From assembly GCA_944371445.1 (NCBI GenBank), contig CALVXR010000034.1:1-42408 (forward strand): DNA of 42,408 nt, read 5' to 3'. Positions 1 through 7,770 of this stretch are shown one piece after another (position 1 is the stretch's first letter; each line of letters begins with the position of its first letter). The position numbers and the translations under genes were made by a program. Under the pieces are notes generated by a model. That model searched no databases, was not told the origin of the DNA, and saw only the letters and a list, made by a program, of their open reading frames with translations. Source of the DNA: an uncultured Bacilli bacterium (lineage in GTDB: Bacteria; Bacillota_I; Bacilli_A; RF39; UBA660).

Positions 1-228
1 AGATTATATTATACACCAATAAAACACATTATTTACTAATTTTTAAAAATTAGTAAATTTCGTGTCTTTTTAGCATGTCTTACTATATCACATAATTTAA
101 TTATTGACAAATCTTAGAATGTCATATTCTATATAGATTACAAATAAAAATTGTATATTTTATTTGATAAAATTTTCATAACTAAATATAAATAAGTATG
201 ATATAATATTATGGAAATGAGGAATAAT

Positions 229-1131
229 ATGGAAATAATTATAGGATCACACGTATCATTTAATTCAAAAGAACAGTTAATTGCTTCAGTAAAAGAAGCT
301 TTATCTTATGGAGCAAATACCTTTATGTTTTATACAGGTGCTCCACAAAATACTAAAAGATGTGAAATAGATGAAAACTTAACAAAAGAAGCTAAAAAAC
401 TATTAGAAGAAAATCATATTAACATAGAAAATATTATAGTACATGCTCCATATATAATTAATTTAGCAAACCCTACTAACTATGATTTTAGTACAGAGTT
501 TTTAGAAGAAGAAATTAAAAGATGCGAAAGTTTAGGTATGAAATATTTAGTACTTCATCCTGGAAGTCATGTAGGACTTGGAGAAGAACAAGGGATTAAA
601 AACATAATAAAAGCACTAAATAAAGTAATAAACGAAAATACAAATGTATATGTATGCTTAGAAACAATGGCAGGTAAAGGAACTGAAATCGGTAAGAACT
701 TTGATGAATTAAAGCAAATAATAGATGGTGTAAAATGTAGTGAAAAAATAAAAATTTGTATGGATACTTGTCATTTAAATGATTCTGGGTATAATATAAA
801 AGATATAGATTTATTGCTTTCTTTATTTGATGAAAAAATTGGACTTAATAAACTTGCATGTATACATATAAATGATAGCAAAAATATAATTGGCTCTCAC
901 AAAGATAGACATGAAAACTTTGGATTTGGAGAAATAGGTTTTAATACTCTTATTAAATATATAAATCATCCTAAATTAAAAGGTATTCCTAAAATATTAG
1001 AAACACCTTATATAAAAGATGATAGTAATCCTAAAAAAACATATCCACCTTATAAATTTGAAATAGAAATGATAAAACAAAATAAATTTAATGAAAATTT
1101 AATTGAAGATATTAAAAATTATTATAAATAG
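229..1131 (+). CDS. nfo: Endonuclease IV (AP endonuclease family 2)
   Basis: N-terminus IIIGSHVS, then HAPYIINL, HPGSH, DTCH and INDS metal-site-like motifs along the full length. I moved the start to ATG 229, which has GAGGA about 6 nt upstream. The ORF track's ATG 211 is the alternative. Confidence 0.9.
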   Translation: MEIIIGSHVSFNSKEQLIASVKEALSYGANTFMFYTGAPQNTKRCEIDENLTKEAKKLLEENHINIENIIVHAPYIINLANPTNYDFSTEFLEEEIKRCESLGMKYLVLHPGSHVGLGEEQGIKNIIKALNKVINENTNVYVCLETMAGKGTEIGKNFDELKQIIDGVKCSEKIKICMDTCHLNDSGYNIKDIDLLLSLFDEKIGLNKLACIHINDSKNIIGSHKDRHENFGFGEIGFNTLIKYINHPKLKGIPKILETPYIKDDSNPKKTYPPYKFEIEMIKQNKFNENLIEDIKNYYK

Positions 1132-1379
1132 TTTTTATATTTATCCTTATAATAAGTATATAGATTAAAAACTTTGTTAAAATTATCTTTTGTTAATTTT
1201 TTTTGAATATCTTTTATAACTACAGTATCATTATATAATAGGTCTTTATATCTTGTTTTTAAAGTAATATATAAAAATTCAAGTTCGTCATCAGAAAGTT
1301 TAATATCATTTCTTAAAGCAAATCCATTTATATCATAAATACTAATCTTTGATATATATTTTTCTAAAAATTTATTCAT
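1122..1379 (-). CDS. Small conserved hypothetical protein, YqfT/DUF2624-like
   Basis: 85-aa ORF with an AGAGGTGA RBS. It sits next to nfo as yqfT does in B. subtilis (from memory). Its 3' end overlaps the nfo 3' end by 10 nt in convergent orientation. Confidence 0.5.
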   Translation of the reverse strand: MNKFLEKYISKISIYDINGFALRNDIKLSDDELEFLYITLKTRYKDLLYNDTVVIKDIQKKLTKDNFNKVFNLYTYYKDKYKNYL

Positions 1380-1436
1380 AATTCACCTCTATAAAATATA
1401 TGCTAGTAAAAAGAAAATAGAAAGGAGAAATTACTT

Positions 1437-3554
1437 ATGAAAAAAAATAATTATCAAACAGTAAAAAAAGTGATAAAAAAATTACCAGCTAAGAAAAAAC
1501 CTATTAATAAAGTAAATAGAAAATATAAACAAAAAATAAGTGAAAAAATAGAAAAGAGATACTATATATTAATAGGAATAATAATATTTTTCATTTTAAT
1601 TATAGGTATAAATTTATTTAAAATTCAAATAGTACAAAATGAAAAATATAAAAGTAAAGTAGTTTCTCTAACTGAAAAAACTGTATATGGAGAAAGTTCT
1701 CCAAGAGGAAGAATATATGATAGAAATCATAAACTAATAGTTACTAATAAACCACAGAAAGTAATATATTATAAAAAGCCAAAAGGGATTACAAGTACAG
1801 AAGAAATAAAACTTGCATATAAATTATCAAAAATGTTAAATATAGATTTTAGTTCTTTATCAGAAAATAATTTAAAAGAATTTTGGATAAAGAATAATAG
1901 TGAAAAAGCAAAAAATAAAATAACTGATGAAGAATGGCAAAAATTAGAAGAACGAAAAATAAGTTTAGACGATATAGAAAAATATAAAATGGAAAGAATT
2001 ACAGAAGAAGATTTAAGTATTTATAATGATGAAGATAAGAAAGCGGCATATATTTATTATCTTATGAATAAAGGATATTCTTATAGTGAAAAAATACTTA
2101 AAAATGAAAATGTAACAGATGAAGAATATGCTCTTATTTCTGAAAATATAAGTGAGCTCGAAGGTATAGGTACTAGACTTGACTGGGAAAGAGAATATTT
2201 ATATGGGGATACTTTTAGAACTATGCTTGGTAATATATCTACAACAGAAAGTGGAATCCCTAAAGAATTAAAAGCTGATTATTTGAAAAAAGGATATTCA
2301 CTAAATGACAGGGTAGGTATTAGTTACTTAGAATATCAATATGAGGATATTCTAAAAGGAACTAAAAATAAATATAGAGTATTAAGTGATGGTTCATATA
2401 AATTATTAGAAGAAGGTTCTCGCGGAAATGATATAGTACTTACAATTGATATAGAACTTCAAAAACAAGTAGAAGAAATACTTGCAAGACAAATATTAGA
2501 AGCAAAGAAAGAACCTAATACAGAGTATTATAATAGATCGTTTGTAATAATTCAGGATGCTAAAACAGGTGAAATTCTTGCAATGGCAGGGAAACAAGCT
2601 ATTAAAGATGGAGATTCTTATAAAATAGTGGATTATACACCTGGAATTACTACATCACCAGTAGTAGTTGGTTCTGCAGTTAAAGGAGCATCTCATATAG
2701 TAGGATATAATACTGGTGCCTTAAAAATAGGAGAATATAGAGATGATAGCTGTATTAAAATAGCTGCAACTCCTAAGAAATGTTCTTGGAAATATCTAGG
2801 AAGAGTTAATGATCTAAGTGCACTAGCATTATCATCTAATACATATCAGTTTAGAACAGCAATTAATGTAGGGCATGGTACTTATAGATACAATGCTGGA
2901 CTTAAATTAGATGAAGCTGCATTCGATACTTATAGAAATACTTTTGCAGAATTTGGACTTGGAGTAAAGACAGGAATAGATCTTCCTACAGAAAGTTTAG
3001 GATTTAAAGGTACAGATAGAAAGCCTGGACTTTTACTTGACTTTTCAATAGGACAGTATGATACATATACACCTATTCAATTATCACAATATATTACTAC
3101 AATCGCAAATGATGGAAATAGATTAAAACCTTATTTACTTAAAGAAGTTTATGAACCAACAAAGGATGGACTTACTATACTTAAAAGTAAAAATAGTAAA
3201 GTAATTTTAAATAAAGTAAATACAGAAGATAAATATATGCAAAGAGTTAAAGAAGGTCTTAGAGGTACTATGACTTATGGTACAGGTGTGGGTTATATAG
3301 ATTATAGTTATAATGCTGCTGGTAAAACTGGAACAAGTGAAAGTTTTATTGATACTGATGGTGATGGAAAAGTAGATACTGAAACAATTACAAATACTTT
3401 TGTAGCATATGCTCCTTATGATGATCCTAAAGTAACTTTCACAGTATTATCTCCAGATATTAGTCATAGACTTACAAGTAGTACTTATAGTTCAGGTGTA
3501 AATAAAAGAATCACAAGAGAAATATCACAAAAGTACTTTGACATTTACAAATAA
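1437..3554 (+). CDS. Class B penicillin-binding protein (PBP2-type transpeptidase)
   Basis: N-terminal membrane anchor (YYILIGIIIFFILIIGINLF). Transpeptidase motifs SAVK, SSN and KTGT occur in the right order. GGAG RBS. Confidence 0.85.
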   Translation: MKKNNYQTVKKVIKKLPAKKKPINKVNRKYKQKISEKIEKRYYILIGIIIFFILIIGINLFKIQIVQNEKYKSKVVSLTEKTVYGESSPRGRIYDRNHKLIVTNKPQKVIYYKKPKGITSTEEIKLAYKLSKMLNIDFSSLSENNLKEFWIKNNSEKAKNKITDEEWQKLEERKISLDDIEKYKMERITEEDLSIYNDEDKKAAYIYYLMNKGYSYSEKILKNENVTDEEYALISENISELEGIGTRLDWEREYLYGDTFRTMLGNISTTESGIPKELKADYLKKGYSLNDRVGISYLEYQYEDILKGTKNKYRVLSDGSYKLLEEGSRGNDIVLTIDIELQKQVEEILARQILEAKKEPNTEYYNRSFVIIQDAKTGEILAMAGKQAIKDGDSYKIVDYTPGITTSPVVVGSAVKGASHIVGYNTGALKIGEYRDDSCIKIAATPKKCSWKYLGRVNDLSALALSSNTYQFRTAINVGHGTYRYNAGLKLDEAAFDTYRNTFAEFGLGVKTGIDLPTESLGFKGTDRKPGLLLDFSIGQYDTYTPIQLSQYITTIANDGNRLKPYLLKEVYEPTKDGLTILKSKNSKVILNKVNTEDKYMQRVKEGLRGTMTYGTGVGYIDYSYNAAGKTGTSESFIDTDGDGKVDTETITNTFVAYAPYDDPKVTFTVLSPDISHRLTSSTYSSGVNKRITREISQKYFDIYK

Positions 3555-3593
3555 TTTGTTATAATATTATGGAATGAACAAAGGAGGGAAATT

Positions 3594-3761
3594 ATGGCAA
3601 AAAAAGGAGAAGTAAGAGAAAATATTACTTTAGTATGTACTGAATGTAAAAATGAAAATTATAGAACACCAAAAAATAAAAGAAATACTCCTGAACGTTT
3701 AGAATTAAATAAATATTGTAAACACTGCAAAAAAACTACAGTTCATAAAGAAAAAAAATAA
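3594..3761 (+). CDS. rpmG: 50S ribosomal protein L33
   Basis: 55-aa ORF absent from the supplied track: [55 protein letters not shown]. It has the CxxC...CxxC zinc form, an AAGGAGGGA RBS and a TAA stop at 3759-3761. Confidence 0.9.
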   Translation: MAKKGEVRENITLVCTECKNENYRTPKNKRNTPERLELNKYCKHCKKTTVHKEKK

Positions 3762-3797
3762 TTATAAATTTTTTCTTAAAAAGGAAGGAGAACTTAT

Positions 3798-4355
3798 ATG
3801 TTTAATATAAACGATATTAAAAACGGTGTAACTTTCTTACTAGAAGGAAATATATATCAAGTAGTAGAATTTCTACATGTTAAACCAGGAAAAGGTTCAG
3901 CTTTCATGAAAGTTAAACTTAAAAATTTAAGAACTGGTGGAACTGTTGAAAAAACATTTAATACAAATGTAAAATTAGAAAAAGCTAATATACAAAAATC
4001 TACTGTACAATATTTATACAATACTGGTGAAACATATTATTTTATGAATATGCAAACTTATGATCAACTAGAATTATCTAGTGCACAAGTTGGTGATGAC
4101 AAAAACTATTTAATAGAAAATATGGAAGTAGAAGTAGTTCAATTTGGTGACGAACTTCTAGGAATAGTTTTACCAGATAAAATAGAAATGGAAGTTACTG
4201 AAACAGAACCAGCTGTAAAAGGAAATACAACTAACAATGCACAAAAAGACGCTAAAGTTGAAACAGGATTATTAGTTAGAGTACCACTTTTTATAGAGCA
4301 AGGAGAAAAAATACTTGTATCTACTAAAGATGGAAAATATGTATCAAGAGCATAA
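3798..4355 (+). CDS. efp: Elongation factor P
   Basis: 185 aa with the conserved VKPGKGSAF loop (modified Lys) and OB-fold domains. AAGGAAGGAG RBS. Confidence 0.95.
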   Translation: MFNINDIKNGVTFLLEGNIYQVVEFLHVKPGKGSAFMKVKLKNLRTGGTVEKTFNTNVKLEKANIQKSTVQYLYNTGETYYFMNMQTYDQLELSSAQVGDDKNYLIENMEVEVVQFGDELLGIVLPDKIEMEVTETEPAVKGNTTNNAQKDAKVETGLLVRVPLFIEQGEKILVSTKDGKYVSRA

Positions 4356-4367
4356 GCTCTTTTTTTG
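4346..4367 (+). terminator. Intrinsic terminator after efp
   Basis: Stem AAGAGC / GCTCTT with loop ATAA, followed by a T-run. It overlaps the efp stop codon. Confidence 0.6.
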
Positions 4368-4374
4368 TGTATAT

Positions 4375-4403
4375 TTGACAAATATATATTTATATGATAT
4401 TAT
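4375..4403 (+). promoter_or_regulatory. Sigma-A-type promoter of the 4429-6113 cassette
   Basis: TTGACA (4375-4380), 17-nt spacer, TATTAT (4398-4403), with a TGn extension (TGATATTAT). Confidence 0.55.
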
Positions 4404-4428
4404 AACCGAACAAAAAGGAGAAGGTAAT

Positions 4429-4713
4429 ATGGACAATGAAACATTTTATTATTCAAAAAATCTTATCATAGAGATTATTAAAACATTTAAAATAGATTTT
4501 TTAGAAAATATTGTAGATGCATATAATAAATATTTTATAAAACCATCTAATCCAGAAGATATACAAAATGCATTAAATAAATACATAGTTAATAAAAAAA
4601 GGTTACCAAACAGAATATTAACTGAAGAAGAAGAATATTGTTTAGAGTTTGAAAAAGAAAATTATAGAGAATTTAAAAAATTCCATAGTCCAAAAAGAAT
4701 AATAAAAAAATAA
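4429..4713 (+). CDS. Hypothetical protein (94 aa)
   Basis: ATG 4429 follows AAAGGAGAAGG. The ORF-track start at 4315 lies inside efp and its terminator, so it is unlikely. I recognise no family. Confidence 0.55.
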   Translation: MDNETFYYSKNLIIEIIKTFKIDFLENIVDAYNKYFIKPSNPEDIQNALNKYIVNKKRLPNRILTEEEEYCLEFEKENYREFKKFHSPKRIIKK

Positions 4714-4730
4714 ACTTAATAGGGGGTTTT

Positions 4731-6113
4731 ATGAATAAAAAAGAATTTTTAGATTATATGTGGAAAGCAGAACAACTATATAGAAAATTTCAAAAAAAAT
4801 GGCTTAATAAATCATATATTATGAGAATATCTGATGGAAATGTAATAAATTTTTCATTTTATGAACAAAGCTTTGCACACTTAGTTGGAATTCAAATCAA
4901 TAAACTTAAAGAAAGTGGTTTAGTTCCTAAAAATTTACAAGCTAATGATATATTAGAATTTATTTTCTTTAATCCTGAAAGATTTTATAGATTAATTATT
5001 CAAAGTGGTTATAAAACAAAATATTTTATTTCAAGCTATTATAAAGAAAAATTAACAGTTATGAAAAATATTTGTGGCTTTTTACCTGCTAGTTTAGGAT
5101 TCATAGTAAAATTTGATACAAATAAAGCTTTTTTAGTAAATGATGAATTAAAACCTAATGTTGAATATTTATTAGGGTATAAAATAGATGACGGATATGG
5201 AATAATAGGAATAAAAAAAAGTTCCTACGGAAATTATTATCCACTTACCGTTTTATATTATGATAAAGATTCTTTGAAAGAATTACTAAAATATCAAACT
5301 TTATTATTACCTACTTATACTAAAGTTAAAAATATAGAAAACGAAATAATTTCTGAATATGGCTTATATGAACAAGAAAAAATAAGAAAATTAAAAATAT
5401 ATAATTCTGTTTTTGAACGTCAATATGGATGTGTAACTAATTTAACAAGTGATTATATAAGAACATTAGAACATACAACTAATCATCTTATTGAAGAAAA
5501 AGAACAAAATAGACGTTTTAAAGAGGAAAATTATGAATTGCAGGTTTCAAATATAAATCTTAGTAAAGAGAATGATGCTTTAAAACAGGAAGTAAAAAAA
5601 TTAAAGGCTATGTTAAAAATAACAGGAGCAAATGAAAATATAGATAAATATTTAAAATTAAAGATGGATATATTTGATGGAGAAGATATTGATAATAGTA
5701 TAATTGATAGAGCTTTTCTTGCATTTACTAATAAAGAAAGAACTTTATTAGAATATTATTATGGTTTAAATGGAAAAGATAAACTATCTTGGAAAGAAAT
5801 CTCTAATATATATGAGATATCGTCAGTTCATTATATAATCAATAAATTAAAAAATGATTTTAAAAATATATGTTTAGGATTAAAAATAAAAAATCCATAT
5901 ATAGAATTACTTACTGATAGAGAAAAACTAATTTCTTTAGCATTTATTCTTCCAAAAGAAGAAAGGGATGCATTTATTTTAAAAAATGGTTTATTTACTT
6001 GTAATAGAGCATCTAATAAAGAAATATCAGAAACACTTGGTATTCCATATGTAAAAGTAAAAAAAGTAATTGAAAGTGCTGAGGAAAAAGTAAGAGAAAT
6101 GGTAAAAAGATAG
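4731..6113 (+). CDS. Hypothetical protein: unknown N-terminal domain, coiled coil, and two sigma-70 region-4-like HTH modules
   Basis: GGGGG RBS, 18 nt after the upstream stop. Residues 252-296 have a heptad-like charged pattern. Residues 325-380 (KERTLLEYYYGLNGKDKLSWKEISNIYEISSVHYIINKLK) and 393-460 (EERDAFILKNGLFTCNRASNKEISETLGIPYVKVKKVIESAEEKV) resemble sigma-70 region 4. Confidence 0.7.
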   Translation: MNKKEFLDYMWKAEQLYRKFQKKWLNKSYIMRISDGNVINFSFYEQSFAHLVGIQINKLKESGLVPKNLQANDILEFIFFNPERFYRLIIQSGYKTKYFISSYYKEKLTVMKNICGFLPASLGFIVKFDTNKAFLVNDELKPNVEYLLGYKIDDGYGIIGIKKSSYGNYYPLTVLYYDKDSLKELLKYQTLLLPTYTKVKNIENEIISEYGLYEQEKIRKLKIYNSVFERQYGCVTNLTSDYIRTLEHTTNHLIEEKEQNRRFKEENYELQVSNINLSKENDALKQEVKKLKAMLKITGANENIDKYLKLKMDIFDGEDIDNSIIDRAFLAFTNKERTLLEYYYGLNGKDKLSWKEISNIYEISSVHYIINKLKNDFKNICLGLKIKNPYIELLTDREKLISLAFILPKEERDAFILKNGLFTCNRASNKEISETLGIPYVKVKKVIESAEEKVREMVKR

Positions 6114-6222
6114 CAATATCTTTTTATTTTTGGTAAAATATTATTGGTGACTAACTATTAGAAGTCAATACATTTTTAAATATTTTTAATAGTTTGTTAT
6201 AAATTGGAATTTATCCCACGCC

Positions 6223-6260
6223 AAAAAACTTCAAAATCATTTTTTTTAAAATTTTTGAAG
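6223..6260 (-). terminator. Hairpin plus T-run downstream of the transposase
   Basis: On the minus strand: CTTCAAAA ... TTTTGAAG followed by TTTTTT. It could alternatively be part of a 3' ncRNA. Confidence 0.45.
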
Positions 6261-6288
6261 GCTGTAAATAATATAGAATTATAAAATA

Positions 6289-7452
6289 TTATTTCAATAA
6301 AGACGGATCAAAATCAATGTTGTTTTTCTCTAATGAATGAATAACTCTAATAAGTTTTTTACAAACATGAGATAAAGCAACACGATGACATTTACCTTCA
6401 GAACGTTTCTTAAGGTAATAATCATAAAAAGTTGGTGAATATCTTAAAATAATCATTGAAGTATTCATAATTGAATATCTTAAATGACCAGAACCATGTT
6501 TAACCATCTTACCATTATTTTGAATGGTACCAGACTCGCTAACACTAGGTTCAAGGCCAGCAAAAGCTAACATTTTATTAGGAGAAGAAAAATTACTAAT
6601 ATCTCCATATTCAGAAAGAATTACGGCTGCAGATAATTCACCTAATCCAGGAATTGATAACATTCTAGGATTTAGTTCTTTGATAATTGTTGAAATTTGT
6701 TTATCTATTGGATCAATTTTATCATTAAAGCTTTTGATAATAGAAACATAAGTAGAAATAAGTAAATCAGTATTTTTATCGTGATGACCAACTGAATTTT
6801 TAGCAAGTTCTTTTAATTTGGCAAATTTAGCATAAGAAAATTTGCCACGAGAAATTTTATAAATAGAATCGAAATCTCTCATTAAAGAAATATGATCAGT
6901 ATTAATATATTTTTCTAAAACATATAATAATGTAGTAGAAAAAGAATTATTAAAAAATGGCTTTAACTCCGGAAAAGTAAGGTCTAATTCATTTGTTAAA
7001 AGCACATAAAATTTACTTCTTTCTTTAACTAATAGTTCTCTATTTCTACATAGTGACTTTAATGTAAAAATGTTGTATAATAAATTTGAATTTGGTTTGT
7101 AAGGAACAGACATAAGATAATTAGCTATAGTTAAACTATCAGCTTTATCGGTCTTAGTTCTACGTAAGCTTCGAGCTTTTAAAAACTGATGAATGATAAG
7201 AGGATTCATTTTCATAAATGAATAACCTTGATTGGTTAAGAACAGTTCCAAATTCTTAGAATAGTGTCCAGTTGCTTCAAAAGCAATTTGGACTTTGGAT
7301 TTATTATAGGATTTCAATAGTTCTAAAAATGATTGAAATCCTTTTTTGCTGTTTTCAAAAGAATTATTTTCAACAATTACTTCACCTGTATTTGAAATAA
7401 TACAGAAATCGTGTTTGTATTTTGATATATCAATACCAATGTAATATATCAT
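6289..7452 (-). CDS. IS110-family transposase (DEDD RuvC-like N-domain plus Tnp C-domain)
   Basis: IGIDISK, FEATGHY and KTDKADS acidic motifs in the N-terminal half. IPGLGELSAAVILSEYGD and LEPSVSESG (conserved Ser) in the C-terminal half. GGAGGTG RBS. Confidence 0.92.
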   Translation of the reverse strand: MIYYIGIDISKYKHDFCIISNTGEVIVENNSFENSKKGFQSFLELLKSYNKSKVQIAFEATGHYSKNLELFLTNQGYSFMKMNPLIIHQFLKARSLRRTKTDKADSLTIANYLMSVPYKPNSNLLYNIFTLKSLCRNRELLVKERSKFYVLLTNELDLTFPELKPFFNNSFSTTLLYVLEKYINTDHISLMRDFDSIYKISRGKFSYAKFAKLKELAKNSVGHHDKNTDLLISTYVSIIKSFNDKIDPIDKQISTIIKELNPRMLSIPGLGELSAAVILSEYGDISNFSSPNKMLAFAGLEPSVSESGTIQNNGKMVKHGSGHLRYSIMNTSMIILRYSPTFYDYYLKKRSEGKCHRVALSHVCKKLIRVIHSLEKNNIDFDPSLLK

Positions 7453-7770
7453 TTATAAGCACCTCCAAAATTAGTTTGTTTGCACTGAATTGTTTGCCAC
7501 AAGGTTTTTAATCATGTAATCACGTAATCTAATAAAACATCGATTAGTTAAAAACTAACGTGTTAACTAACTAATTAACAATTAAATTAAAAATCTGTGG
7601 TTTTAGTCACCAATAACCAGTCCATAAAATGGCTGTAAAAAATGAGAAACAAATCCACAGTGCATTTCTTATTATATATCACGATGTATAATAAGAAAAT
7701 ATAAATAGAAAGGGATCAATCAATAAGAAATTAATTCATATTTCTATAAGATTGATTATACGTGATATAA

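Larger units (their letters stand above)
6141..7616 (-). mobile_element. IS110-family insertion sequence (boundaries approximate)
   Basis: An IS110-type transposase is flanked by a perfect 14-nt inverted pair: TTATTGGTGACTAA at 6141-6154 and its reverse complement at 7603-7616. The span of about 1.48 kb fits the family size. True ends may differ; see findings. Confidence 0.7.

Noticed and set aside
31-58. A perfect 28-bp palindrome, ATTTACTAATTTTTAAAAATTAGTAAAT, near the window start.
   Set aside because: It has almost no G/C (one C-G pair per stem) and lies next to a T-rich tract. It is most simply a terminator of a gene upstream of the window, or chance symmetry in very AT-rich DNA. It is not repeated elsewhere in the window.
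4139-4381. An 80-aa minus-strand ORF over the efp 3' end, together with the 4315 upstream extension of the 94-aa ORF.
   Set aside because: The first is antisense to efp. The second would start inside efp and read through its terminator, whereas a good RBS precedes ATG 4429.
6524-6751. A 75-aa plus-strand ORF inside the transposase gene.
   Set aside because: It is antisense to a conserved IS110 transposase region and has no RBS.
7630-7692. A 20-codon ORF (MAVKNEKQIHSAFLIIYHDV) between the IS and the SDR gene.
   Set aside because: It has no RBS, is very short, and lies in a region better explained as IS end or palindrome sequence.
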